This document shows, piece by piece, positions 40,060-50,213 of a stretch of DNA of 64,000 nt. The DNA lies in assembly GCA_045599645.1 (NCBI GenBank), contig JAZRWI010000004.1:76803-140802 (forward strand), given 5' to 3'. The DNA comes from Candidatus Avigastranaerophilus sp. (GTDB lineage Bacteria; Muiribacteriota; Ozemobacteria; Ozemobacterales; Ozemobacteraceae). The notes under the pieces were generated by a model. That model made no database searches and was not told where the DNA came from. It saw only the letters and a list, made by a program, of their open reading frames with translations. The translations under genes and the position numbers were made by a program. The first letter of the stretch is position 1; each line of letters begins with the position of its first letter.

Positions 40060-41174
40060 GAATATTAATTAATGCTGTATCTGCAAAGGCAGGTGGCGGG
40101 ATAACATATTTAGTAAACCTTCTGAAGTATTTACCAAAGATAATGGCTGAAGATGAATTTTTATGCGTAATTCAAGATATAGAACTACCAAAGGAATTGT
40201 ATTTTCAGAAAAACCTCGAAATCAGAAAGATACCACAAGCTAGCAGTAATGTATTTAAAAGATATTGGTGGGAAAACACTGGTTTACTTAAACTTTGCAA
40301 AACCTGGAAGGCTGACCTGCTATATTGCATAGCCAATATGATTCCACTCATTCCAGCAAACTGCAAGACTTATATGATGTTACAGAATGTAGCTCCTATT
40401 ACTCCTAAGGCTTTATATGCTGTATATAAGTTTGAAGGAACCAAACCATTTTTACAGATGCTTGCAAACTGCTTTTTAACTATTTTCGCAGCAGCATTTA
40501 GCAATAAAACATTTGTATTATCGCAATCCTCTGATAATTTACTAAAAAAATGGGTACCTTTTTCCAAAACTTCAATTGTCCACCATGGCATAAGCAACCA
40601 TTTTAAACCAGAATCTCAAAAACCAGAAAAAGCTGGAAATGAACCTTATTACATATTCGTTTCAAATATTTATGTCTATAAAGGCCTTGATTACCTCGTA
40701 GAAGCTTATAAGACCAAGCCGGAATTACCACATACTTTTATTGTAGGTCATGCCTTTGATGTTAAATATGCTGCCAAGGTGAAACAAAGTATAAAAGATA
40801 ATAATCTAGAAGAGAAAATCATATTTCTAGACTCTTTACCATACTCAGAATTACCTGGCTGGTACGCTCATGCATTAGCAAACATATTTCCAACTTGGTG
40901 TGAAAGCTTTGGTTGCGGAATAATAGAAGCGCAGGCATGTGGTTGTCCGATAGTTGGTATGAAGGCTGCAACATTACCAGAATTATGCGGTGAAACTGGC
41001 ATATTAGTAGAGCCATTTAATGGAAAGGCATTAGCAGAAGGAATGAATGTTGCTATAAAGCTCCGAGAAGATTCTTCCTTGTCCTCAAAACTATCAGAAT
41101 ATTCAAAGAATTTCACTTGGGAATCTGCAATGTTAAAGCATAGAGATTGCTTTAAGGAAAGCATTCGTAAGTAA
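40056..41174 (+). CDS. Glycosyltransferase family 4 (GT-B, group 1)
   Basis: C-terminal E-x7-E region (CESFGCGIIEAQACGCPIV). Confidence 0.8.
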   Translation: MRILINAVSAKAGGGITYLVNLLKYLPKIMAEDEFLCVIQDIELPKELYFQKNLEIRKIPQASSNVFKRYWWENTGLLKLCKTWKADLLYCIANMIPLIPANCKTYMMLQNVAPITPKALYAVYKFEGTKPFLQMLANCFLTIFAAAFSNKTFVLSQSSDNLLKKWVPFSKTSIVHHGISNHFKPESQKPEKAGNEPYYIFVSNIYVYKGLDYLVEAYKTKPELPHTFIVGHAFDVKYAAKVKQSIKDNNLEEKIIFLDSLPYSELPGWYAHALANIFPTWCESFGCGIIEAQACGCPIVGMKAATLPELCGETGILVEPFNGKALAEGMNVAIKLREDSSLSSKLSEYSKNFTWESAMLKHRDCFKESIRK

Positions 41175-41332
41175 TTATTCCAACAGCTTAAAAGATTTTT
41201 ACAAAAACTCTTGTTTTAAATTAAAAGTTGTGCTAGATTGACTTTAACGCAATTACGGACAAGTCCGAGGAAGCAAAATTCTCCGAGACCTAGTTAGTAA
41301 GTGTGAAAGAAAATTGTAGGAGAATTTTTCGA

Positions 41333-41602
41333 ATGAAGATTTACGTTGGTAACCTTCCTTACGCTATCCGTGACGAAGCTCTCAAAGACCTTTTCACTCC
41401 TTATGGTGAAGTAGCTTCTGCTAATGTTATTATCGAACGCGATACTAACAGATCAAAAGGTTTTGGCTTTGTTGAAATGCCATCAAAAGAAGAAGCTGAA
41501 AAAGCAATCGCTGAACTTAACGGTAAAGAAGTTAACGGTCGCGCTCTCAAAGTTAATGAAGCTAAGCCACGCGAAGACAGACCTCGCAGACCGCGCTATT
41601 AA
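41333..41602 (+). CDS. RRM-type RNA-binding protein (single RNA recognition motif)
   Basis: RNP2 IYVGNL and RNP1 KGFGFVEM. RBS AGGAGA. The track start at 41303 is upstream of the RBS. Confidence 0.85.
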   Translation: MKIYVGNLPYAIRDEALKDLFTPYGEVASANVIIERDTNRSKGFGFVEMPSKEEAEKAIAELNGKEVNGRALKVNEAKPREDRPRRPRY

Positions 41603-41610
41603 TTAATTAG

Positions 41611-41650
41611 AAAAAAGGCTCTAGTTCGAAAGAACTAGAGTTTTTTTTTG
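41611..41650 (+). terminator. Rho-independent terminator after the RRM gene
   Basis: ggctctagttc/gaactagag stem plus T9. Confidence 0.7.
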
Positions 41651-41817
41651 CATATTTTATTCTGTTTCGGAATCATTCCCCTCATCCGTCACGCTACGCG
41701 TGCCACCTTCCCCCGAACGGAGGAAGGCCTCGCAGGGGCGGAACTGAACATTTTCTATTACAACATAACAGATTAGTTGCAATATACTGCATCCGTCTTC
41801 TGCTGCGCAGAATCCAC

Positions 41818-42984
41818 CTACCAATCCTGTTCGTTGTTGCGGGCTTTTTCTTTTTTCCTATTTCTAATCTTTAACCATTCACGAAGCTCTTCCTGGTTCA
41901 TATATTCAGGATTCTTTTCAGAAATATTGTTTATTCTATAGTATTTCTGAGCTTCAGCTTCCCGTGCTTCCATCTCTTTAAGGTAAGCTTCAACATCTTT
42001 TTTATTGAGCTTGATGTTCTTCATTGCCCGTGCCTTCTGAGAAGCTTCAGGGCGTCCAACTTTCCCCTTATCTTCAGCCATTTGTAGGTCACGACGATCA
42101 GATTCTGGAGCGGAGTTTTCTTTATTTTCGTTACTTTGTGCGCTTTCGGGGCTGTTGGCCTGGTTGGCGGAGTTGGCTTGGTTGGCGTCGTTAGGATTGT
42201 TGGCGTTGTCGGCATTGTCGGCATTGTTTTCTTTATTTTCGTTGCTTTGTGCGCTTTCGGAGTTGTTGGCCTGGTTGGCGGAGTTGGCTTGGTTGGCGTC
42301 GTTAGTGTTGTTGGCGTTGTCGGAGTTGTTAGGATTGTCGGCATTGTTGGCATTGTCGGCATTGTTTTCTTTATTTTCGTCACTTTGTGCGCTTTCGGGG
42401 CTGTTGGCGGAGTTGGCTTGGTTAGCATTGTTGGCGTTGTTGGCGTTGTTAGCGTTGTTTTGCTGACCATTTTGTTGCTGATTCTGTTGATTATCTTGAT
42501 TTGGTTGTTGCTGCTGTTCCTGGTCTTTTTTCATGCGGTCAAGCTGTTCTTGAAGCTTCTTTTCAGCAATCTTTAAATTATAATCAGCCTGATAATCATT
42601 CTTTACAGCTAGCGCGTTTTTATATGCAGTTATAGCCAATGCATAATCATATCCCTTAAAAGCTGCATTACCCATATTGTAAAAGGTATTGAAGCGTTCA
42701 TCTGGGGTTCTAACTAATTCAGATGCTCTGGCGAAAAACTTAACTGACTTAGCATAGTCACGTTTTCTATATGAAACTATACCTAGATTATAATTAATCT
42801 CATAACTGTCCGGTTCTTCAAACCTTGCATTCTGCAAAGCACTTTCAGCTTTTTCCAAGTCACCTGCTTCAAGAGCTTCAATAGCTTCTTGAACCTTAAA
42901 AGCAGGATGTGCATAGCAAGCAGGATTTATAACACCTAAAGCCAATAGAATTGTTGATACAGTTATAAGATTTTTCTTTTTCAT
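41818..42984 (-). CDS. BatC-like TPR-repeat protein with N/Q/A-rich low-complexity repeat region
   Basis: Signal peptide, TPR region. Lies downstream of batA/batB. Central ~120 aa built from ANNANNANQANSANSPESAQS-type repeats. Confidence 0.6.
   Translation of the reverse strand: MKKKNLITVSTILLALGVINPACYAHPAFKVQEAIEALEAGDLEKAESALQNARFEEPDSYEINYNLGIVSYRKRDYAKSVKFFARASELVRTPDERFNTFYNMGNAAFKGYDYALAITAYKNALAVKNDYQADYNLKIAEKKLQEQLDRMKKDQEQQQQPNQDNQQNQQQNGQQNNANNANNANNANQANSANSPESAQSDENKENNADNANNADNPNNSDNANNTNDANQANSANQANNSESAQSNENKENNADNADNANNPNDANQANSANQANSPESAQSNENKENSAPESDRRDLQMAEDKGKVGRPEASQKARAMKNIKLNKKDVEAYLKEMEAREAEAQKYYRINNISEKNPEYMNQEELREWLKIRNRKKEKARNNEQDW
42115..42475. repeat. Three in-frame tandem DNA repeats (111, 138, ~110 bp) inside the BatC-like gene
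   Basis: Units start at 42115, 42226, 42364 (gttttctttattttcg...). The spurious track ORFs 42021-42576 on both strands come from this repeat. Confidence 0.85.
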
Positions 42985-44024
42985 ATTCTTTTAAGCCAAT
43001 GATCTTGTTCTCTTGAGTAGGGAATACGTTCGGATATCATCCATTCTAGTAATAGCAGGAAAAATGCAATAAGAAGTGGAATCCAATATAATTCCTGACG
43101 CATTATTCTTTTTCCGCCAGAAACAGCGACTCTTTTTATCTGATTGAGACCTTTAATTACTTTGTTAGCCGTTGAAACATTAGAAGCCCTGTAATATTCA
43201 GCCTTGGTGCGTTCGGCAATAAGCTTAAGTGGTTCTTCGGCTATTTTAGAAATAACAGGCTGACCATTTGGTAATCGCTTGTAAATAGTTTCACCAAACC
43301 AGGTCTGACCTTCTGGAATATAGCCGCCATTTTCACTGCCAATACCAACAGTGAATATCTTAATACCCTTCTTTTCTGCTTCTGACATGGCTGCTTCTAC
43401 ATGCTTAGAATCAGGGTCTTCACCATCAGAAAGCAAGACAATTACCTTTGTCTGTGAAGCTGTTGTATTGAAACGATCGATAGAGGTCTGAATTGCCCCA
43501 CCCAAGTTAGTGCCCTGTTCAGAAAGCAATTCCGGATTTACTCTATCAAGGAAAGTCAAAAAAGCATTCTTATCATGTGACAATGGACTCTGAACCATTG
43601 TTTCTCCAGCGAAAACAACAAGTCCGACGCGGTCTTCCTTTAGGCCATTAACCATATTACGAAGGAGAACCTTGGCAACCTCTAATCTGGAATTTCCGTC
43701 AATATCACATGCCTTCATTGACTTGGAAATATCAAGGGCAACAATAAGGTCCATGCCTGTGCCGTTTATTTCTTCTTCATAGCTTTCGCCGAGAGGGCGT
43801 AATATTGCTATGCCCATAAAGAAAAGAGCAAGTCCTATCATTGCCCATTTTATAATTGGTCTTCTGGTTGGCTTATGACTGGTAATTCTATTGAGCATCA
43901 CAGAACTTGCAAAGGCTTCTCTTCGTTTCTGCAGCTTTTTAACAACGTGCGAAGCTAATGCTATAATCCAAATAGCAGTCAGAAGTAATAGATATATGTT
44001 TTCAGTGCTTTTGAATTCCAACAT
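42981..44024 (-). CDS. batB: BatB-like von Willebrand factor A domain membrane protein
   Basis: N-terminal TM helices, then VWA (DLIVALDISKSM MIDAS-type). Confidence 0.8.
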   Translation of the reverse strand: MLEFKSTENIYLLLLTAIWIIALASHVVKKLQKRREAFASSVMLNRITSHKPTRRPIIKWAMIGLALFFMGIAILRPLGESYEEEINGTGMDLIVALDISKSMKACDIDGNSRLEVAKVLLRNMVNGLKEDRVGLVVFAGETMVQSPLSHDKNAFLTFLDRVNPELLSEQGTNLGGAIQTSIDRFNTTASQTKVIVLLSDGEDPDSKHVEAAMSEAEKKGIKIFTVGIGSENGGYIPEGQTWFGETIYKRLPNGQPVISKIAEEPLKLIAERTKAEYYRASNVSTANKVIKGLNQIKRVAVSGGKRIMRQELYWIPLLIAFFLLLLEWMISERIPYSREQDHWLKRI

Positions 44025-45034
44025 TAGAATACCCTCATAAAAACGCAGCTACGCAGGAATATTTCAATTGCCAGCAAAGCAAAAGCAGGAAGCAGGAACC
44101 AATAGAAGCGTTCTGAATACTGCATTGTCCTGTTAACATCAATCTTACCTTTTTCCAAAGTGGCAATCTTTTTATATATTTCCTCAAGAGCTTCATTGTC
44201 TGTAGCGCGGAAATACAGCCCCTTGGTCAGATAAGCAATGTCCTTTAACAGTTGTTCATCCAACTGCGGTTTCTGTAGATTACCATAATAGTCTGAATAG
44301 TATTGCTTCTGACCATTTCTATAATATGGAACTGGAGCCCCTTCAATGCTACCAACGCCTATGGTATAAATTCTAATACCTCTGTCTGCAGCAACTTTGG
44401 CAGCAGTAAGCGGGTCGACGCCTGCATTGTTTTCCCCATCACTGAGAAGAATAATTACTTTGTCGCGCTTTTCCTTTGCAGTGGTATTGAACTTATAAAC
44501 AGCATTAATAATAGCATCGCCGATTGCAGTGCCATCCTGCTTCATCATACCAAGTGAGGTATGTCTTAAAAGCTCGGTTAGAACACCATAATCAATTGTT
44601 AATGGGCATTGCGTTAAGGCAACACCAGCGAAAACAACAAGGCCAACACGATGATCTGTTATACCTGTAATGAAATCTTCAGTAATCTTTTGTGCAGCCT
44701 TAATGCGGTTAGGCTTAAAGTCTTCGGCCGCCATGGTTCCAGATACGTCAAGAGCAATCATGATGTCGATGCCCTGCCTTGTAACAGTTTCTGATTCAAA
44801 GCCATATTGAGGCTGCATAAGAGCAAAGACTACAAGAACCAGACTTACAAGCCTAAGTAAATCAGGAAGAAAACGAAGTCTTGTTTTAAAACTTTTCTTT
44901 GCATTTGCTACAACGCCAGCCAGCGGATAATTTATGCCACCCTTTTTGGCACGTTCTGTTATAAAGAACTTATACCATGCTATAAGCGGTATCAATAAGA
45001 GCAGCATCATGAACTCAGGGCTATTCCACTTCAT
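44024..45034 (-). CDS. batA: BatA-like von Willebrand factor A domain membrane protein
   Basis: TM helices plus VWA (DIMIALDVSGTM). Confidence 0.8.
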   Translation of the reverse strand: MKWNSPEFMMLLLLIPLIAWYKFFITERAKKGGINYPLAGVVANAKKSFKTRLRFLPDLLRLVSLVLVVFALMQPQYGFESETVTRQGIDIMIALDVSGTMAAEDFKPNRIKAAQKITEDFITGITDHRVGLVVFAGVALTQCPLTIDYGVLTELLRHTSLGMMKQDGTAIGDAIINAVYKFNTTAKEKRDKVIILLSDGENNAGVDPLTAAKVAADRGIRIYTIGVGSIEGAPVPYYRNGQKQYYSDYYGNLQKPQLDEQLLKDIAYLTKGLYFRATDNEALEEIYKKIATLEKGKIDVNRTMQYSERFYWFLLPAFALLAIEIFLRSCVFMRVF

Positions 45035-45639
45035 TTACGCCACCCCTTGATATCAATAAGCTTTTCCAAGGTTTCAACAAGACTTTCTGGAGTTCTGCTA
45101 TTATTTTCGCGACCAGTATATCTAACTTCATCACAATACTCTAGCAACCCCCTTACCTCGGACAGAACTTCATTTTTTACATGACCGTTAATAAGGTCTG
45201 GTATGAATTCATCTGTTGTAGCAGCTGCACCTATGCTAAGCTTATATTCATCCAATGCATAATTTTTAAGTATAGCGACTACATTCTCACATATACTTTT
45301 TATATTACGCTTTTCCCATATTTCGGAAAGCTTCATGCGCTTTATGGCACGTTTAGCCATAACTTCAGGGCTTTGAACAATAATCTTTTTAACGCGTTCT
45401 ACAGGTGCTGTAAGCCATTTGTAGAATAACCATACAAGCCATATACCGATGGCCGCCAAAGCTATTTTCCCAACAAGCAAAAGCCAAGGGTAGCTCATAT
45501 CCACAGTTTCTAGAATATCAAAGATTTCTTCACCCATAGGTGGAAGCTGTGGAGTCTGAGATGCAACACTAGATTCACTAGCTACTTTAGCTGTGCTTGT
45601 AGTTGTTGCGATTATATTTTCCGTAGTAGAAGCTAACAT
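45031..45639 (-). CDS. DUF4381-like membrane protein of Bat/MoxR clusters
   Basis: Single TM (LLLVGKIALAAIGIWLVWLFYKWL). Lies between DUF58 and batA. Confidence 0.45.
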   Translation of the reverse strand: MLASTTENIIATTTSTAKVASESSVASQTPQLPPMGEEIFDILETVDMSYPWLLLVGKIALAAIGIWLVWLFYKWLTAPVERVKKIIVQSPEVMAKRAIKRMKLSEIWEKRNIKSICENVVAILKNYALDEYKLSIGAAATTDEFIPDLINGHVKNEVLSEVRGLLEYCDEVRYTGRENNSRTPESLVETLEKLIDIKGWRK

Positions 45640-46511
45640 TATTTTGTTTCAGCAGGAGCAGTTTCTTTAGCAAAACCAAAGGCTTTGTCAATTACTTCTG
45701 AATTAATCTTAAGTTCTTCTTTTACACGAAGTTCTGTAATAGCATCTGCAAGAAGCTGCATTCTCTTGTCCTTGTCATTTTCCTTACAGTCTTTAAGAAT
45801 AAATTTCTGCAGGTATGCACTCATAAGAACCTGGTCTTCTATCTTCTTAAGATTTTCTATGATTTCAGGGTCATTCTTAAGGTTTTCACGTTTAGCTGCA
45901 CGGGTAAGTAAAAGTTCCTGTGCTAACTGATTAACAACCTGTTCTACCTTTTCCTTTGTCAGGTCAGTAGAGCTAATACCCATCATAGCCATTCTGGTCT
46001 TTAAGGCATCTACACTTAGTGCTTCCTTATTGCCAAGCTGAATTACTGTTTCTGATGCTACAGTATTTACAATTGGATTAACACCTTCGCCCATCATATT
46101 ACGACGTTCGGCATCATAGACGCGACCAAGACGTGTCATACAATACTTAATCTTGTCTTCTGTTCCGCTTGCTATTTCTGTATTAGCCGCAAAACGATTT
46201 ATATAAAGCAACTGCGCTAGAGCTTTGTCAAAATCGTTCATTTCATTCATATATATATCAGCCAATGCCTTACGCATCTTCAAGCCCTTCTCACTAAGAG
46301 GCTGTCTACGTATGTTTTCTTCTAACACGGTAGCTGCTTCAGATGGAAGACTATATGCAAGAAGGTCTGCTGCAAATTCTGAGTTCTCGGTATTTGTAGT
46401 CTTTCTACTCTGATAATAATTATAGGAAAGGGCCAGACCGAGTATGAGGCTGGCTATAACCATGATTAGCATGGCGTCAATTTTGCGGTTTAAGGATCTG
46501 ATATTATTCAT
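45639..46511 (-). CDS. Hypothetical membrane-anchored protein
   Basis: N-terminal TM. Coupled start/stop overlaps with its neighbours. Confidence 0.45.
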   Translation of the reverse strand: MNNIRSLNRKIDAMLIMVIASLILGLALSYNYYQSRKTTNTENSEFAADLLAYSLPSEAATVLEENIRRQPLSEKGLKMRKALADIYMNEMNDFDKALAQLLYINRFAANTEIASGTEDKIKYCMTRLGRVYDAERRNMMGEGVNPIVNTVASETVIQLGNKEALSVDALKTRMAMMGISSTDLTKEKVEQVVNQLAQELLLTRAAKRENLKNDPEIIENLKKIEDQVLMSAYLQKFILKDCKENDKDKRMQLLADAITELRVKEELKINSEVIDKAFGFAKETAPAETK

Positions 46512-47383
46512 TGTTTGTTCCTCTTATTGAATAATCTAATAACAGGCTGTGCTACAGACTCACCAGCAGTGAGTTCGATTAAATCTACCCCCATGTTGCG
46601 GCAGGTCTTTTTTAGTTGTTCATCACGTTTTCGTTGTTCTTCAAGAATGCTTTCTACTACCTTGCGGTTTGATGTATCAAGTATGACTTCTTCACCAGTT
46701 TCAGGATTTTCTATTTCTACCATCCCTACATCAGGAATAGTCTGTTCACGAGGGTCACGAACATTTACAAGAATCAAGTCATGACGTGCTGCTGCAACTC
46801 TTAACTGTCTTTCTATAGGTCCCACATCAATTCCGTCAGAAACTAGAAAAACAACAGAACGTCTACTGACTGTAGAGTTTAGAAAATCAAGTGGAGCACA
46901 CAGGTTTGTTCCCTTATTCTGAGGGATGAAATAAGACAAATCTCTGATAAGTCTTAATACATGACTTTTTCCCTTTGCAGGTGGAACAAATTTCTCAACT
47001 TTGTCAGTAAAAAGACAGATGCCTGCCCTATCGTTGTTTCTTTCAGCGGCAAGACTCATTACTGCTGCAAATTCAACAGCACATTCACGTTTTTCCTTGG
47101 AACCGGAACCAAAGGCCATAGAACCAGAAAGGTCTAATGCAATGATTACCTGCAATTCACGTTCTTCGGTATGTTCACGAATATGCAAATCACCAGTTCT
47201 TGCAGAAACCTTCCAATCAATGGAGCGGAAATCATCACCACGGTAATATTGCCTGATACCGGCAAATTCCATACCATGGCCCTTGAAAACAGATTTGTAG
47301 CTACCAGAATAGAGAGAGTCGACAAGCTGTCTTGTTCTTATTTCTATTCGGCCTACTTCTTTTAGAAGCTCTTTAGAAAGCAT
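46508..47383 (-). CDS. DUF58-family protein (VWA-like, MoxR partner)
   Basis: DDFRSIDWKVSARTGDLHIRE...LDLSGSM. Confidence 0.8.
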   Translation of the reverse strand: MLSKELLKEVGRIEIRTRQLVDSLYSGSYKSVFKGHGMEFAGIRQYYRGDDFRSIDWKVSARTGDLHIREHTEERELQVIIALDLSGSMAFGSGSKEKRECAVEFAAVMSLAAERNNDRAGICLFTDKVEKFVPPAKGKSHVLRLIRDLSYFIPQNKGTNLCAPLDFLNSTVSRRSVVFLVSDGIDVGPIERQLRVAAARHDLILVNVRDPREQTIPDVGMVEIENPETGEEVILDTSNRKVVESILEEQRKRDEQLKKTCRNMGVDLIELTAGESVAQPVIRLFNKRNKQ

Positions 47384-47400
47384 ATAAGCTTATGCTATGC

Positions 47401-48405
47401 TCACGGCACAGCTACCCCTTCCTTAATGCGTCTGACGATTTCGTCTGAATCGATTTCATCGGCTTCTGCTTCATAGGTTGGAATTACGCGATGTCTCAAT
47501 ACATCACTCATAATAGCCTTAACATCATCAGGCTTTACATAGCTTCTGCCATTTACAAGTGCATGTGCTCTAGCTGCGCGTGTCAAATAAATAGAAGCAC
47601 GTGGAGAAGCACCGAATCTGATATAACTCTTCAAAGGCAGGTTGTATTTATCAGGATAGCGTGTTGCATCAACAATGCGAAGTATATATTCAACAATCTT
47701 GTCATCAACATATATTTCGCTGGCAAGTTCTCTGAGCATAAGAATCTGAGCTGCTTCCACAACAGGTTCTACAACGGAAACCTGATGACTCTTTTCCGCA
47801 AGGCCCATGCGCTTTACGATAGTTCTTTCTTCTTCAAAGCTTGGGTATTTAACGATTACTTTAAAAAGGAAACGGTCAACCTGAGCTTCAGAAAGAGTAT
47901 AAGTGCCTTCAGTTTCAATGGGGTTCTGAGTGGCTAATACCAGAAAAGGTTCTGAAAGCTTGAAGGTTTCATGTTCGATTGTAACCTGGCGTTCTTCCAT
48001 GGCTTCGAGAAGTGCAGACTGAACCTTTGCGGGAGCTCGGTTGATTTCATCTGCCAATACGAAGTTTGAGAAGATAGGACCTTTGTGAGTCATAAATTCA
48101 GCAGTTTTCTGGTCAAAGATTCTTGTACCAATAAGGTCTGCCGGCAACAAATCTGGTGTAAACTGAATTCTTGAGAAATTAGTTTTAACAGTTCTGGCAA
48201 GCGCTTTAATAGCTAAGGTCTTTGCTAGTCCTGGAACACCTTCCAATAAGATATGGCCATCAGAAACAAGAGCTAACACAAGACTATCAAGAAGATTTTC
48301 CTGACCAACCAGAACCTTCTTAACTTCAGTCTTGATGCTGTTTATTATGTTTCCAGCCTGATCAATACGGTTTTGAATATTATTATCCATATATGTATGC
48401 TCCAT
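47401..48405 (-). CDS. moxR: MoxR-family AAA ATPase
   Basis: HILLEGVPGLAKT Walker A. MoxR-like organisation. Confidence 0.9.
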   Translation of the reverse strand: MEHTYMDNNIQNRIDQAGNIINSIKTEVKKVLVGQENLLDSLVLALVSDGHILLEGVPGLAKTLAIKALARTVKTNFSRIQFTPDLLPADLIGTRIFDQKTAEFMTHKGPIFSNFVLADEINRAPAKVQSALLEAMEERQVTIEHETFKLSEPFLVLATQNPIETEGTYTLSEAQVDRFLFKVIVKYPSFEEERTIVKRMGLAEKSHQVSVVEPVVEAAQILMLRELASEIYVDDKIVEYILRIVDATRYPDKYNLPLKSYIRFGASPRASIYLTRAARAHALVNGRSYVKPDDVKAIMSDVLRHRVIPTYEAEADEIDSDEIVRRIKEGVAVP

Positions 48406-48423
48406 ATATTTATTTACTTATAA

Positions 48424-49521
48424 TCAAAGGCTATTAAGTATTTCTTTAATGTCAGATTCGATAGCAATGAGCTGTCTGTTAGGCATGCGATTAGCATACA
48501 TAACTGTTTCGATTTCAAAAGCCAGCCTTGTTGAAGCCTGCTTTATATTATCAGTTCCAGCTATTTTGCTACATTTATCAAGCAGTTCATCATAGGTCAT
48601 ATCCATGCTAAGATTCTGATTTCTATAGCAACAAGCCTTTTTAAATAATTCAAAATATTTACGATAAAACTCTACACTTACTTCTTTAAATTGAATCTTA
48701 ATTGAAGCAACAATAGTTTCAAATTCGACTTTTTCAACATCAGGCTTTACTATTTCTTCCTGCTTAGCCGGCTCTTCCTGTTTTACTATTACTGCATCTT
48801 CTATTTTGGCATTATCAACTTTATCAGTATCAGGTTTATCTGTTTTTTTACCTGCTACAATAGCAAAAACAATAATAAGAATCACAAATAATATAATGGC
48901 TATACCAGCATAGAGTAATGTGTTAAACCAGTTGGATTCTTTTGGCTGTGGCTTAGAATGCATTGGCTGGGAAGAAGCCGGCCCATTCTGTTGAGATTCA
49001 TTGATGTTTTCTTCGCCTTCATTGTCCTGTGCTGTAATTACATTTTCATCTTCATCTGGGTCTTCAGCTGCCTGATTTACTTTTATCTTAATCTGGTCTG
49101 AATGATGTTCTTCACCATCTTTGTCTTTCATAGAGAAAGCAGGGATAGTTAATTCACCAACCTTCTGAGGCACGAGGGTGAGAATAATCTGCTTAACACT
49201 TTCACCTTTTCCATTTATCGAACGAGACTGCTGAGAAGAGCTTCTGCCCATGATGTCAAAATCCGGGATATTTTCTACCCTAAAATCAATGTCATTCATG
49301 CTGCTCATATTAAAACTGTTGAAACTGAATGAGAAGCCATTATTACTGAAACTCTGTGTATTCTGGGATGTTAGAGCTTTTTTTATGTTAACAGTCAACT
49401 GAATCTGGTCGCCAAATTCAATCTCGGTCCTGTCTACTCCCGCGGAAATGGTTATATCTTCTGCCAATACCATGCTGGCACATACCAAAAGCATAAGTAT
49501 TGAAAATAATAGTTTTCGCAC
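48424..49521 (-). CDS. BatD-like exported protein (signal peptide, extracytoplasmic domain, one TM, cytoplasmic tail)
   Basis: N-terminus after the signal (ITISAGVDRTEIEFGDQIQLTV) resembles BatD. TM near residue 200. Confidence 0.4.
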   Translation of the reverse strand: MRKLLFSILMLLVCASMVLAEDITISAGVDRTEIEFGDQIQLTVNIKKALTSQNTQSFSNNGFSFSFNSFNMSSMNDIDFRVENIPDFDIMGRSSSQQSRSINGKGESVKQIILTLVPQKVGELTIPAFSMKDKDGEEHHSDQIKIKVNQAAEDPDEDENVITAQDNEGEENINESQQNGPASSQPMHSKPQPKESNWFNTLLYAGIAIILFVILIIVFAIVAGKKTDKPDTDKVDNAKIEDAVIVKQEEPAKQEEIVKPDVEKVEFETIVASIKIQFKEVSVEFYRKYFELFKKACCYRNQNLSMDMTYDELLDKCSKIAGTDNIKQASTRLAFEIETVMYANRMPNRQLIAIESDIKEILNSL

Positions 49522-49601
49522 GCTTTGCCTCCTGATTTATATGGTTAGACTATACCACAAATCAAAAGGTTCCAACAATTATAAAAAAAATGAATAAGGT
49601 A

Positions 49602-50213
49602 TCACACGATGGTTCGGGTTGTGGGGTAGCAGTCGATTATTTCTTTAATCCAGCCTGGAAGGTCTTTGGTAAGCTGAATAAAATCACCGTCTTCATAATA
49701 GGCAACGTAAGTAAAACCTACAGTATTATCAAAAAATGTTACTTTGTCAGCCATTGGCCAGATTGCTTTCATGTTGTTAACCGTTTCTACATATCTGCGT
49801 TCAACATCTTTATCAGGTATGCCATGACCGCCATTAGCAACTCTGTAAGCTATTCTCTTCTTAACAATTTCTACGTCTGCAACACCGACATAATAAATCC
49901 AGATGTCATAACCTTCGTTACGTGCATTGGAAATATTTCTTATAATTGATTTTCCACAAAGAGTTGTTTCCTGACAGAATGTAATATGTTTTGAAAAATA
50001 TTCTTTTACAAGCTTAACTGTTATTCTGTCAGCTTTTATTCTATCTACCCTATTACGCCAATCACCATTAAAAGATTTGATGGCTTCATCAGAGTTTACT
50101 CTTGGACAAGGGAAAGTATTGGAGCAGGAATGCCATAAGGTGGTTTTACCGCAACCATTACACCCTGCAAAAATAATATATATGGGTCTGTTTTCAGAAT
50201 CTGCGTTCTTCAA
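49602..50213 (-). CDS. Zeta-toxin-family P-loop kinase-like protein
   Basis: Walker A IIFAGCNGCGKTT, then VNSDEAIK (zeta-like D motif), ETTLCGKS. ~200 aa. Confidence 0.55.
   Translation of the reverse strand: MKNADSENRPIYIIFAGCNGCGKTTLWHSCSNTFPCPRVNSDEAIKSFNGDWRNRVDRIKADRITVKLVKEYFSKHITFCQETTLCGKSIIRNISNARNEGYDIWIYYVGVADVEIVKKRIAYRVANGGHGIPDKDVERRYVETVNNMKAIWPMADKVTFFDNTVGFTYVAYYEDGDFIQLTKDLPGWIKEIIDCYPTTRTIV

Noticed and set aside
42021-42576. Three overlapping track ORFs on both strands (149, 146, 103 aa)
   Set aside because: They lie in alternative frames of the in-frame tandem repeats inside the BatC-like gene. The low-complexity PT-rich or GV-rich translations are repeat artefacts.
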